Shown here: one piece after another, positions 1 to 9,104 of the stretch
Numbering within the stretch: the first letter of the stretch is position 1
How the letters are laid out: the number at the start of each line of letters is the position of its first letter
Source: an uncultured Bacteroidales bacterium
GTDB lineage: Bacteria > Bacteroidota > Bacteroidia > Bacteroidales > WCHB1-69
Length of the DNA: 64,000 bases
Assembly: GCA_900316305.1 (NCBI GenBank)
Contig: ONCM01000008.1
Coordinates: 6,991 to 70,990 of the forward strand
Direction of reading: 5' to 3'
The notes under the pieces: model-generated
The model's input: only the letters and a program-made list of their open reading frames with translations
Told to the model about the DNA's origin: nothing
Database searches by the model: none
Made by a program: the position numbers and the translations under genes

Positions 1-1033
1 CCCCACCTATACCGTGGATGTATCGTATATGATTGACAAACAGACAGGTTACATCAAGTTGAACGAGTTCGGCAGCACCACTGCCAAGGAGTTCAGCAAT
101 GCCATCCAGAAGCTGAAACGGCAGGGTATGACCCAGCTAATTGTCGATCTGCGAGGCAACGGCGGCGGTTTTTTGGACGCAGCCGTCAGTGTTTGTGATG
201 AATTTTTGGGCAATAAACAGAAAATCGTCTCCATCGAGGGTTCTAAAGAGCGCCCGCAAGTCATCTACGCCTCCCGCAAGGGCGATTTCGAAGATGGCAA
301 GGTCGTGATTCTGATCGACGACTTCAGCGCCTCCGCCAGCGAGATTGTGGCCGGTGCCGTGCAAGACAACGACAGAGGCACTATTGTCGGACGGCGTTCC
401 TTCGGTAAAGGACTCGTGCAGAGACAGTTCGACCTCTCTGATAACTCCTCCATCCGACTGACCACCTCCCGCTACCACACGCCCAGCGGCCGCTGTATCC
501 AGCGCGATTACGAAAAAGGTACCGAAGCCTATTACGAGGACATCTACAACCGCCTGCTCAACGGCGAGATGGAAAGCATCGACAGCATCCACCTGGATTC
601 CTCCAAGGTATATCACACCGTCAACGGTCGCACCGTTTATGGCGGTGGCGGCATCATGCCCGACATTTTCGTGCCCATCGACCACGACAAAGACCTCGAT
701 GCCTACTACGACATCGCCAACTCCTCGGCACTCATCCAATTCGCATTCCACTACACCAACGAGCACAAGGCTGAGTTGCAAAAGCGGTTCTCCGACACGA
801 AATCCTACGTTTCTGGCATGACTGTTTCGGACCAAATGTTACAACAACTGGTCAGCTACTATGAGAAAAACAACAAGAAAAAGGTCTCGAAAATGTCCGC
901 TAACTCCGCCAAGGAGTTGAAAACCTGGCTAAAAGCGCTAATCGGCCGCAACCTGTACGGTGACGAGGCCTTCTACCCGGTGATCAACAAGACGGACCCG
1001 GTGATCAACAAGGCGTTGGAAACATTGAAATAA
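1..1033 (+). CDS. S41-family C-terminal processing peptidase (5' end outside window)
   Basis: Frame open from nt 2 to TAA 1031-1033. DLRGNGGG, FSASASEIVAG and SFGKG motifs are typical of S41 Ser/Lys peptidases. Confidence 0.8.
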   Translation, partial: PTYTVDVSYMIDKQTGYIKLNEFGSTTAKEFSNAIQKLKRQGMTQLIVDLRGNGGGFLDAAVSVCDEFLGNKQKIVSIEGSKERPQVIYASRKGDFEDGKVVILIDDFSASASEIVAGAVQDNDRGTIVGRRSFGKGLVQRQFDLSDNSSIRLTTSRYHTPSGRCIQRDYEKGTEAYYEDIYNRLLNGEMESIDSIHLDSSKVYHTVNGRTVYGGGGIMPDIFVPIDHDKDLDAYYDIANSSALIQFAFHYTNEHKAELQKRFSDTKSYVSGMTVSDQMLQQLVSYYEKNNKKKVSKMSANSAKELKTWLKALIGRNLYGDEAFYPVINKTDPVINKALETLK

Positions 1034-1054
1034 TTCCGCTATGCAATCCGCCAT

Positions 1055-1082
1055 GTAGAGACGTTTCATGAAACGTTTCTAC
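1055..1082. terminator. 28-nt palindrome GTAGAGACGTTTCA/TGAAACGTTTCTAC between convergent genes (GTAG-hairpin family)
   Basis: 14-bp stem with one G.T position and no U-tract. Lies between the S41 peptidase stop and the SBP gene stop. Confidence 0.55.
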
Positions 1083-1085
1083 GGG

Positions 1086-2714
1086 TTAGCGCATCCGTAC
1101 CCGCCGCAAATCCAACATATTCACGGGATTCACGCCCAATCCTTCCACGTTTTTCTGTACAAAACGGGCCACCTTATCGTAGTAAAGAATGACGAACGGT
1201 GCATCCTCCACCAAAAGGGCGTCCATTTGGGTATAATATTCGTTGCGCAAAGAGTCGTCTGTACAACGCTGCGATTTTTCGTATAGTTGGTCGAATTTTG
1301 GATTGACGTAATGGGTGTAATTGGAACCGTTTGGCTGCAAATTCTTGGAATAGAAGAGCGACATCTGATTTTCCGCGTCGGGGTAGTCGCAAATCCAAGA
1401 GCCACGGAAGAAGGGAAGCTGGTAGCTGCGCATCATTTCCCGTTGCTGTGCCGCCTGCGCCACATCCAGCATCAACGGGATACCGATTTCGCCCAACTCA
1501 TGTTGGATATATTGGCACAAATCGGCATACTGCGCCGAGACTGTGAGCGTGATTTCGGGCAGCCCTTTGCCGTTAGGATAGCCCGCTTCTGCCAGCAGTT
1601 TCTGAGCTTTCTGGGGATTGTATTCATACCCACCCGTGCGTTCAGGGTTATAAGACGGCATTCCACGCGGCACAAAACCGCCATCTCCGGCATAACCCAT
1701 GTTGTTGCGCAGATATTTCATCATCTTTTCCCGGTCAAATCCGTAATTGATAGCCTGTCGGACACGCTTGTCCAACAAAGGGTTCTTCTTGCCGGTAGGT
1801 TTTAAGTTAAAACCCAAATATTCCGTATTGAGATAGGGGCCGGTAATCAGCTTGATCTTGTCTGCATATTCGGGATTCAGCTGTCCGTCCTTTGTCAGCA
1901 GTGCATCCTTGTAGCTGGGATCCACTCCGGACATAAAATCCAGCGTCCCCTTCATAAACTCCATAAAAACAGACTGTTTCTCCACGATGAAGGAGATGGC
2001 GACGGCATCGATATAGGGCAGGCGGATGCCTTCGGAATCCGTCTCGAAATAGTTGGGATTCTTTCGCATCACGAGCTTGACACCCTCCTCCCACAGCTGC
2101 ATCTGGAAAGGTCCGGTACCCACGGGATATTTGCGGTAATCCTTCCCATAGTGCTCCACCACTTCATGCGGAACCACGGAACAGTACTTCATCGTCAAAA
2201 TACCCAAAAACGGCGGGAAAGGTTCTGTCAACTCTATTTGGAAAACAGTGTCATTCAAGGCTTTGAAGGCTGGTTTGCCCTGTGCATCCCGTTTCACCTT
2301 CTGGAAGATCCAAGCACCGGGGGATGCCACCTCGGGATCGAGGATACGGCTCAAACTATAGACAAAATCGGCCGCCGTAACATATCTTGGTCCATTAAAA
2401 GGGAAATACTCCGTCTGATGGAACTGCACGTCATTGCGCAACACAAATGTATATATCTTGCCATCCTCCGAAATGGTCCAGCTTTTTGCGATAGCCGGCA
2501 CCACCTGCAGGTTCTCGTCCATATCCACCAGACCGTTATAGAGCTGGTTACAAGGCCATAACGTGGATTGTCCGGAAGAAAACGCCGGATCCAACGACAG
2601 AATGCCGGACGACTCGTTATAGTGGAAAATCTGCTTGTCAGGATGGTCGAACTTGGTCTTGCAGGAGACAAGCAAAAACGTGATAACCAATCCGATAGCC
2701 AAAAATCGTTTCAT
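1086..2714 (-). CDS. Family-5 ABC-type substrate-binding lipoprotein (oligopeptide/murein-peptide type); no permease genes nearby
   Basis: 542-aa ORF with signal peptide and lipobox LLVSC. Sequence looks like a family-5 SBP. Starts 1 nt after the M23 gene stop. Confidence 0.7.
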   Translation of the reverse strand: MKRFLAIGLVITFLLVSCKTKFDHPDKQIFHYNESSGILSLDPAFSSGQSTLWPCNQLYNGLVDMDENLQVVPAIAKSWTISEDGKIYTFVLRNDVQFHQTEYFPFNGPRYVTAADFVYSLSRILDPEVASPGAWIFQKVKRDAQGKPAFKALNDTVFQIELTEPFPPFLGILTMKYCSVVPHEVVEHYGKDYRKYPVGTGPFQMQLWEEGVKLVMRKNPNYFETDSEGIRLPYIDAVAISFIVEKQSVFMEFMKGTLDFMSGVDPSYKDALLTKDGQLNPEYADKIKLITGPYLNTEYLGFNLKPTGKKNPLLDKRVRQAINYGFDREKMMKYLRNNMGYAGDGGFVPRGMPSYNPERTGGYEYNPQKAQKLLAEAGYPNGKGLPEITLTVSAQYADLCQYIQHELGEIGIPLMLDVAQAAQQREMMRSYQLPFFRGSWICDYPDAENQMSLFYSKNLQPNGSNYTHYVNPKFDQLYEKSQRCTDDSLRNEYYTQMDALLVEDAPFVILYYDKVARFVQKNVEGLGVNPVNMLDLRRVRMR

Positions 2715-2715
2715 A

Positions 2716-3678
2716 CTAAGACAAAGCTTGGTTGACCTTTTTGGAGGATTCCAACAACGAATTATACTCTTCCGGAGTGATGTCGATGTAGAAATAGTAG
2801 ATGGGGTTCACCGGCTTGCCGCCCTTGATGACCTCATAGTGCAAGTGAGAGCCCGATGACATACCCGTAGATCCCACGTAACCAATCAGTTGGCCGCGCT
2901 TTACCTTTTGACCCGGCTTCACCGCCGCTTTCGACATGTGGGCATATAAGGTCTGATAGGAATATCCGTGGTTCAGCACCACACAAATACCGTAACCGGA
3001 ACCGGGTTTCTCACGGGAAACCGTCCCATCGGCAGTGGCATAAATCGGTGTTCCTTTCGGAGCGGCGATATCAATACCCGTATGATTACGTAACGTCTTG
3101 AGAATCGGGTGATAACGTCTGCCAAAACCAGAAGTGATGGTGTACATATTCTTCAACGGACGAATAGCAGGGATGGCCGCCAGCATCTCCGCCTTGGAGT
3201 TGGCAATCTTCTCCAACGTATCCAAGGATTTGGTCTGAATAGCCAATCTAACCGTCAGTTGGTCTGCTTTTTTGTTCGCCACTTTCAACATCGAATAGGC
3301 CTCGGAACGCGACAGACTATCAAAACGGCTGTCTTCTATCAATAACGGGTAACGCTCTTCTTTCGGAACTGGATCCGCCTCAAAGACATTACGATACACA
3401 TTGTCGTCACGGTCTTCGATATCCGCCAGCACATCCGACATCGCGTCAATGCGGGCATTCAGATAGTCCACCTCTTCCTTCAACTCATTATTCTCTTTCT
3501 CCAGAATCTTAACCTTCGGTGAATCAACAAAATAGAATCCAATCCAGACAAACACTAACGCAAAGGCCACACCGCTCGCAAACACCCATGCGATACGCTT
3601 GAACAGGTGCTTGAAGCTGAGCTTGACCTTCTCGTAGGTCAGCGTTTTCGGGTTAAAATGATAGAAGGACTTGGGCAT
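2716..3678 (-). CDS. M23 (LytM-type) metallopeptidase with N-terminal TM helix and coiled coil
   Basis: HTGIDIAAPKGTPIYATADG and GSTGMSSGSHLHYEV (HxxxD and HxH zinc-ligand motifs). Confidence 0.85.
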   Translation of the reverse strand: MPKSFYHFNPKTLTYEKVKLSFKHLFKRIAWVFASGVAFALVFVWIGFYFVDSPKVKILEKENNELKEEVDYLNARIDAMSDVLADIEDRDDNVYRNVFEADPVPKEERYPLLIEDSRFDSLSRSEAYSMLKVANKKADQLTVRLAIQTKSLDTLEKIANSKAEMLAAIPAIRPLKNMYTITSGFGRRYHPILKTLRNHTGIDIAAPKGTPIYATADGTVSREKPGSGYGICVVLNHGYSYQTLYAHMSKAAVKPGQKVKRGQLIGYVGSTGMSSGSHLHYEVIKGGKPVNPIYYFYIDITPEEYNSLLESSKKVNQALS

Positions 3679-3683
3679 TTCGA

Positions 3684-5063
3684 CTAGTTACATCCGATAC
3701 AAATCTGGTCGCCCACACTATAACTGTTGATATTTCCGCTGTTCCGCTTGATGAGGATCTTCAGCTGGATACCATACTTTTGGGCAATATAACGATAGGT
3801 GTCACCCTCCTGCAACGTATGGTACGGCACAGGGGACTTCGTGCTCTTCATTTCGAGATAAATCACCTCATCCTCAATGGGTTCCGAACCGTCATAGACA
3901 TCATTGTAGAGGCGCAGGTTCTTCTCCGTCATCTGCAATGCAGTCGCTAGCTTTTGGTAGGTGTCGCCCGGACGAGCCAAGATGAATTTAGTCTTGTTGT
4001 TCTCATAAACCGGGCGGCTAGTATAAGGATAATAAGCTGATTTATAAGGTATTGCGTATGGATCTAACACAAAGACATTCAATCCGTTCACCTTCTCTGG
4101 CAATTTGTTAGATTCTTGCACCGCAGGCTTCGCAGGTTGTGTAACCTCTTGTTTCTGAACCTGCTGAGATTCTTGAACTGGTTTAGGCTGCTCTTTGGGC
4201 TTGTTGTTTTTTTCCACAATCACCTGGATGCCGTTCACCTCCATCGTGTCCGACTTCGCGGTTTTTTTCTTCGACTCTTCTTTGGGTTTTGGTTCCTCTT
4301 TGGGTTTCTGCTCTTGAACTTTCGGTTGAGCTACAGGAGCCTGCGCCTCAGGTTCTGCTTTAGGTTGGACGGGCTGTTTCGGCTCCACATTAGTCACCGT
4401 AGGCTTTGGAGCTGGAGTAGGAGAGGGTGTGGGTGTCGGCTTCGAGACCTGCGCCACATTTTGGTTCTCGCCCACCCCGATACGCTCCGGCTGGGGTTTT
4501 TGCATAGCTCGCAAAGCCACCGTGTCGCCCAACTTCTGCGCCACTTTGCGGTCATAATGCATCAGATAGTATTTCTCAATGATGGAAACCAACGTGTCGG
4601 CATATTTCGGATTGCCGGAAAAGCCAGCCTCCAAAAGTCCGTTAGCCCATGATTTGTAGTCTGTTATGGGATAATAGAACAACTTCACATAGCGGCTTCG
4701 GGTGGACAAAAACAGCGAATGGTCACGATAGGCCTCCGCATCGGTAGCGTATTTCCGATAGCAGTTCTCGTGATTCTTGTCGTTCGGGCGATAGTAAGTG
4801 TCGCCCTGCCACTCCTGCGTATGACACATGATGGCGAAATGGTTGTGACACTCGCGCACCAGGTCGTTGGTGCCCGCCTGCGACGCATAGATGGCCTGCG
4901 CCAACGTGATGCTCGCGGGAACTCCGTAGAGCTCCATCTCCTGCATCGCAAGATCCTTGTAATTGTCAATGTAATCATAAATGCGATCTTCCATCGTATA
5001 TTGGGCGAATCCGATGGACAACAGGCAAACAGCTGCCACTAAACAAAATATCTTTTTCATCAT
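3684..5063 (-). CDS. Secreted glucosaminidase-domain / LysM peptidoglycan hydrolase (long paralogue)
   Basis: Signal peptide. N-terminal N-acetylglucosaminidase-like region (NHFAIMCH, AYRDHSLFL). Pro/Lys/Glu/Gln-rich linker. C-terminal LysM-like repeats (GDTYxxLA, GDTYRYIAQKYG). Confidence 0.7.
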   Translation of the reverse strand: MMKKIFCLVAAVCLLSIGFAQYTMEDRIYDYIDNYKDLAMQEMELYGVPASITLAQAIYASQAGTNDLVRECHNHFAIMCHTQEWQGDTYYRPNDKNHENCYRKYATDAEAYRDHSLFLSTRSRYVKLFYYPITDYKSWANGLLEAGFSGNPKYADTLVSIIEKYYLMHYDRKVAQKLGDTVALRAMQKPQPERIGVGENQNVAQVSKPTPTPSPTPAPKPTVTNVEPKQPVQPKAEPEAQAPVAQPKVQEQKPKEEPKPKEESKKKTAKSDTMEVNGIQVIVEKNNKPKEQPKPVQESQQVQKQEVTQPAKPAVQESNKLPEKVNGLNVFVLDPYAIPYKSAYYPYTSRPVYENNKTKFILARPGDTYQKLATALQMTEKNLRLYNDVYDGSEPIEDEVIYLEMKSTKSPVPYHTLQEGDTYRYIAQKYGIQLKILIKRNSGNINSYSVGDQICIGCN

Positions 5064-5070
5064 TCTAAAA

Positions 5071-6084
5071 TTATCGTCTTAATAAAATCTGGTCTCCCGG
5101 ATGAATAACGGAATTTTCTTCCAACATATTGTATTTCAACAGATAATGAAGCTGAACCCCATAGCGTTGCGAGATGTAACGCAATGTCTCGCCTTCCTGC
5201 ACGGTATGAATCCTGACGGCATTTCCGCGCGCCTTGGCCTCCACATACACGATCTCATTCTCCACGGGTTCATCGTTCGGCCCCGCATCGTTAAACTTAC
5301 GCAAATTGTCGGACATCACTAAAATATCTTGCGCAATTTTCTCGTAAGTATCTCCTTTTTCAGCAATTACAAAGTACGTATTATTGTTTTTGAACACTTT
5401 CCGATAAGTGAATGGACTCTGATCCGTGGGATACTCGCTGCCGATAGCGGTGAACACCTTCTTGCCGTGCTTGTTGCCGACAGGCTTGGTGGTAGGATTG
5501 GAAACCGGCTTCGTGTCCTGCGCAACAGGCTTGGTTTCAGCAACCGTAGCAGGCCAACCGCCATACTTTTGCTGGTAAAGCGTGTCCAGACGCGCAATGT
5601 TGAATCGCTCAATCAAACTGATAAGACGGTCAGCGTATTGGGGATTTGTGGCATAGCCGTCCTGCTTCAGCGTGCGGGCCCAGGATTGGTAATCCATGAT
5701 ATCCAGCTCAAACAGATTAGCATAGCGTTTCCGGGTGGTCAAGAAAAGCGAGTGGTCCGTGTAAGATTCTTCCACAGAGGCGTACTTGCGGAAACACTCC
5801 TGCAGCTCGTCATCGTCGATCAGGATAGTGTCACCCGTCCATTCGGTGTGGCACTTGATGCCAAAGTGGTTGTTGCCTTCCGTGGCCAGACGACTTTTCC
5901 CGCACGCGCTCTCGAAAATGCCCTGCGCCACCGTGATGCTGGCGGGAATCTTATATTCGTGCATCTTCTTCACCGCTACATCCGCAAAACGATCGATATA
6001 ATCGCGGATATCCTGCTCGTTGTACTGCGCAAAAACCGAAACGCAACCCAACAAAATGCCCAACAAACTAATGAGTTTCTTCAT
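5071..6084 (-). CDS. Secreted glucosaminidase-domain / LysM peptidoglycan hydrolase (short paralogue)
   Basis: Same architecture as 3684..5063 (NHFGIKCH, SYTDHSLFL, two LysM-like repeats). Lies 7 nt upstream of its paralogue. Confidence 0.7.
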   Translation of the reverse strand: MKKLISLLGILLGCVSVFAQYNEQDIRDYIDRFADVAVKKMHEYKIPASITVAQGIFESACGKSRLATEGNNHFGIKCHTEWTGDTILIDDDELQECFRKYASVEESYTDHSLFLTTRKRYANLFELDIMDYQSWARTLKQDGYATNPQYADRLISLIERFNIARLDTLYQQKYGGWPATVAETKPVAQDTKPVSNPTTKPVGNKHGKKVFTAIGSEYPTDQSPFTYRKVFKNNNTYFVIAEKGDTYEKIAQDILVMSDNLRKFNDAGPNDEPVENEIVYVEAKARGNAVRIHTVQEGETLRYISQRYGVQLHYLLKYNMLEENSVIHPGDQILLRR

Positions 6085-6122
6085 AACTGCTAACTACTAA
6101 CGACTAACTGCTAATTAGCTAA
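6085..6122. repeat. Heptad tandem repeat, AACTNCT family (5.4 units)
   Basis: AACTGCT AACTACT AACGACT AACTGCT AATTAGC TAA. Fills the whole ddl/next-gene spacer and includes the ddl stop codon. Confidence 0.9.
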
Positions 6123-7094
6123 TGCCTCAAGGACCAATTTGGTATAGAACTCCCGAATGTCCAGTCCTAAACTCTTCACCTGCGCCGGAATAATGCTCAT
6201 GGCAGTCTGGCCAGGTATCGTATTGACTTCCAAGAAATAAGGTGTCTTGGCCGCCTCATCGAGAATAAAGTCCACACGCACGATGCCTTTGCAATCGAGC
6301 TGGCGAAACACGGTTTCGGCGTATTGACGCACAAGAACTTGCATGTCGGGGGCGATGTCAGCAGGAGTGATCAGACTGTGACCCACGTCCGTGTATTTGG
6401 CATCATAGTCATAGAACTCGTTATGGGCGACGATCTCCGTGATAGCCAGCATCTTCACGTCACCGTAGGCAGCCGTGACACCGCACGCCAACTCGCGACC
6501 GTGGATCATCCGCTCGACGATAAGCTGGTTGTCGTATTTGAAAGCCTCTTCGAAAGCCGGCATCAACTCCTCGCGATTGTGCACCTTGGTCACGCCCACG
6601 CTGGAACCAGAATTGCAGGACTTCACAAAACAAGGATATCCGCAAACCTCCTCAATATGCTCAATATCAATAGGATCACCAGCATAAAAATGCAACGACG
6701 GAGCAATGGGGATTCCGAGCTGTGCCACTGCGAGATTGCAGTAAAACTTGTTGAATGTCAAGGCTGACGGAAAACTGGTGCAACCCACATAAGGCAGCTT
6801 GATCATCTCGAAATAGCTCTGCAGTTTGCCATTCTCGCCCGGCGTACCGTGGATGGCGATAAACGCAACATCAAAAACGATTTTCTTACCGTCAATGGTC
6901 AACGAAAAATCGTTCTTGTCAATCTGGAAAATTCTACCATCAGCAGCCTGATAGTGCCAGTCACTGCCCTTAAAATGGATCAAATAGGGCTCAAAAAGAG
7001 TCTTGTCCAACTGTTCAAAAATGTTGTCACCCGATCTCAAAGAGACCTCGTATTCGCCAGAATCTCCACCGGCTATAAGTGCTACTTTATACAT
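6111..7094 (-). CDS. ddl: D-alanine--D-alanine ligase
   Basis: ATP-grasp Ddl sequence (KVALIAGGDSGEYEVSLRSG, HGTPGENGKLQ). I moved the start to ATG 7094 because a -7 box at 7120-7127 leaves no room for the ORF-track start at 7115. Confidence 0.88.
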   Translation of the reverse strand: MYKVALIAGGDSGEYEVSLRSGDNIFEQLDKTLFEPYLIHFKGSDWHYQAADGRIFQIDKNDFSLTIDGKKIVFDVAFIAIHGTPGENGKLQSYFEMIKLPYVGCTSFPSALTFNKFYCNLAVAQLGIPIAPSLHFYAGDPIDIEHIEEVCGYPCFVKSCNSGSSVGVTKVHNREELMPAFEEAFKYDNQLIVERMIHGRELACGVTAAYGDVKMLAITEIVAHNEFYDYDAKYTDVGHSLITPADIAPDMQVLVRQYAETVFRQLDCKGIVRVDFILDEAAKTPYFLEVNTIPGQTAMSIIPAQVKSLGLDIREFYTKLVLEALAN

Positions 7095-7119
7095 TTTATT
7101 CAATATTATATACAAATTG

Positions 7120-7127
7120 CAAATATA
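7120..7127 (-). promoter_or_regulatory. Bacteroidota sigma-A -7 box TATATTTG (ddl operon)
   Basis: Matches TAnnTTTG on the minus strand, 25 nt upstream of ATG 7094. Confidence 0.55.
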
Positions 7128-7189
7128 GCTTTATTACGGAGTTCTCTTCCGGCCATAAAAAATGTTTTTGAACATCAAAATGTGTGTTA

Positions 7190-9028
7190 TTACGAGAGCT
7201 GCTGGGCGGTGTAAAAACGGTAGTAAGCTCCTTGTTTTGCCATCAGTTCCGTATGGGAACCCATCTCCTCAATTTGTCCGTCTTTGAGGAATAAAATCTT
7301 GTCCGCGAAACGTATCGTGCTGAGTCTGTGGGCAATAATCACACCTGTATGATTCTTGATGTAGGGCAGCAGGGCTTCCTGGAAAAGGCGCTCGGACTCG
7401 TTGTCCAATGCCGAAGTGGCCTCGTCAAGGATGAAGATCTGCGGGTTCTTGAGGATGGCGCGGGCAATGCTGATCCGCTGCCGCTGTCCGCCGGAAAGTC
7501 GCGTTCCACGGTTACCAACCCCCGTTTGATAGCCCTCTTCCAACTCCATGATAAAGTCGTGGGCTTGCGCAATCTTCGCCGCCGCCACCACCTCCTCTTC
7601 CGTCGCATGATCAACACCGATAGTGAGGTTGTGGTACACCGTGTCGTCAAACAGGAAAACATCCTGATTCACGATGCCGAACAGCCCCCGCAAGTCTTGC
7701 AGAGCGTACTGGTTGTGCGGAACCCCGTCAACCAAGATTTCGCCGAATCGGATGTCATAAAACCGCGACAGCAAGTCCACCAACGTCGATTTTCCGCTTC
7801 CGGAAGGGCCCACAATCGCCATCGTTTCCCCTTTCTTCAAGGTAAAACTCACGTGCCGCAACACATCGCATTGTTCCGCATCGTCCACCTCATCATGATA
7901 GGAGAAGCTGACATCCTTAAACTCAATTTTATCTTGGAACTCACTGATATGCTTTGGATTATCCGTATCTTTAATCTTCTCATCGGCATCTATCACCTCA
8001 TAGATTCTAGCAGCAGCACTCAACCCTTTGCGCATCTGATAGTAAGTGGTAGCCAAGGATTTGGCAGGCGGAATCATGCGGGCAAAAACCACAAAGTAAA
8101 GCATGAAAGAGGCACCCTTGGCCGCAAAATTCTCCGGAAACGCCACCAAGCCGATCAAAGAGATAGCCAAGGCGGCAAATATGCAGAGGAACTCAATTAA
8201 CGGAGACCCTAACTCTTTGATTCTAAATATCTTCTTATTCAGTCGGTAAAACTGGAAATTCTCCTTCCGGAACTGCTCGGAAACGTATTCCTGCGCGTTG
8301 TACCCCTTGATGACCCGCAGTCCATCCACCGCCTCTTCAAAATAAGCCGTCATCCGTCCCAATAGTCCCTGCGATTTCAGGGAATAGTTACGGATATTCT
8401 TCCCGATAACGGAAAGGATGAGCGCCATCAACGGCAGGATGGCGAGGGTCACCAGACTGAGTTTCACACTGATGGTGAACAGGGTGATCAAGTAGGCGAT
8501 AATCAAAAACGGATCTCTACAAATAGCTAACAATGAGGAAATTATCGACCATTCCACTTCCAACACATCCGCACCCATACGGCTTACCATGTCTCCGGAA
8601 CGTTGTTCGGTATAGAATGACAGAGGCAGGCGGATCAGCTTGCGATAGAACTCGTCGCGGATGTTGAAAAGGATGCCCGAACGGATGTGCGACAGCCAGT
8701 ACATGCCCGCGTATCGGCAGGAATTGGATAAAAGTGAGAGCAAAATCATCGTTCCCGCGATAAAAAGCAGGGCAGAAGCCTGTCCGTACTGCTCAATCAC
8801 GATGTTCATGTGATAATAGAACGTGTCGATGAGGTATTGCGGGGTGAAGGAAAATTCGGGGCGCACGGTCACCGGCTCCACCTGATGGAACAGCACCTGC
8901 AGGAACGGCACCAACAGTGTGAGGGTGAAAATGGAGAAAAACGCGTACAACAACTGCACGAACAGAATGAGTGCAATTTGTAACTTGTAGTTTTTCAGAT
9001 AGTTTAAGATTCTGCCAAGATAATCCAT
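7190..9028 (-). CDS. ABC exporter, fused permease/ATPase (MsbA-like)
   Basis: Six predicted TM helices plus an NBD with Walker A GPSGSGKST, signature LSGGQRQR and Walker B IFILDEATSALD. Confidence 0.85.
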   Translation of the reverse strand: MDYLGRILNYLKNYKLQIALILFVQLLYAFFSIFTLTLLVPFLQVLFHQVEPVTVRPEFSFTPQYLIDTFYYHMNIVIEQYGQASALLFIAGTMILLSLLSNSCRYAGMYWLSHIRSGILFNIRDEFYRKLIRLPLSFYTEQRSGDMVSRMGADVLEVEWSIISSLLAICRDPFLIIAYLITLFTISVKLSLVTLAILPLMALILSVIGKNIRNYSLKSQGLLGRMTAYFEEAVDGLRVIKGYNAQEYVSEQFRKENFQFYRLNKKIFRIKELGSPLIEFLCIFAALAISLIGLVAFPENFAAKGASFMLYFVVFARMIPPAKSLATTYYQMRKGLSAAARIYEVIDADEKIKDTDNPKHISEFQDKIEFKDVSFSYHDEVDDAEQCDVLRHVSFTLKKGETMAIVGPSGSGKSTLVDLLSRFYDIRFGEILVDGVPHNQYALQDLRGLFGIVNQDVFLFDDTVYHNLTIGVDHATEEEVVAAAKIAQAHDFIMELEEGYQTGVGNRGTRLSGGQRQRISIARAILKNPQIFILDEATSALDNESERLFQEALLPYIKNHTGVIIAHRLSTIRFADKILFLKDGQIEEMGSHTELMAKQGAYYRFYTAQQLS

Positions 9029-9046
9029 GCCTTTTCAAATCGGCGG

Positions 9047-9054
9047 CAAAGGTA
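9047..9054 (-). promoter_or_regulatory. -7 box TACCTTTG (ABC exporter)
   Basis: TAnnTTTG on the minus strand, 18 nt upstream of ATG 9028; divergent from the ftsX promoter. Confidence 0.55.
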
Positions 9055-9078
9055 CGATTTTTGTTTCTTAAATTTTTG

Positions 9079-9086
9079 TACTTTTG
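9079..9086 (+). promoter_or_regulatory. -7 box TACTTTTG (ftsX-DUF3098-uppP-truB)
   Basis: TAnnTTTG 18 nt upstream of ATG 9105. Confidence 0.6.
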
Positions 9087-9104
9087 CGGCGCAAAAAATT
9101 TATT

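Noticed and set aside
4116-4652. 178-aa plus-strand ORF rich in Leu/Arg/Phe
   Set aside because: It is antisense to the low-complexity Pro/Lys/Glu linker of the glucosaminidase-LysM gene, so it is a mirror-image low-complexity artefact.
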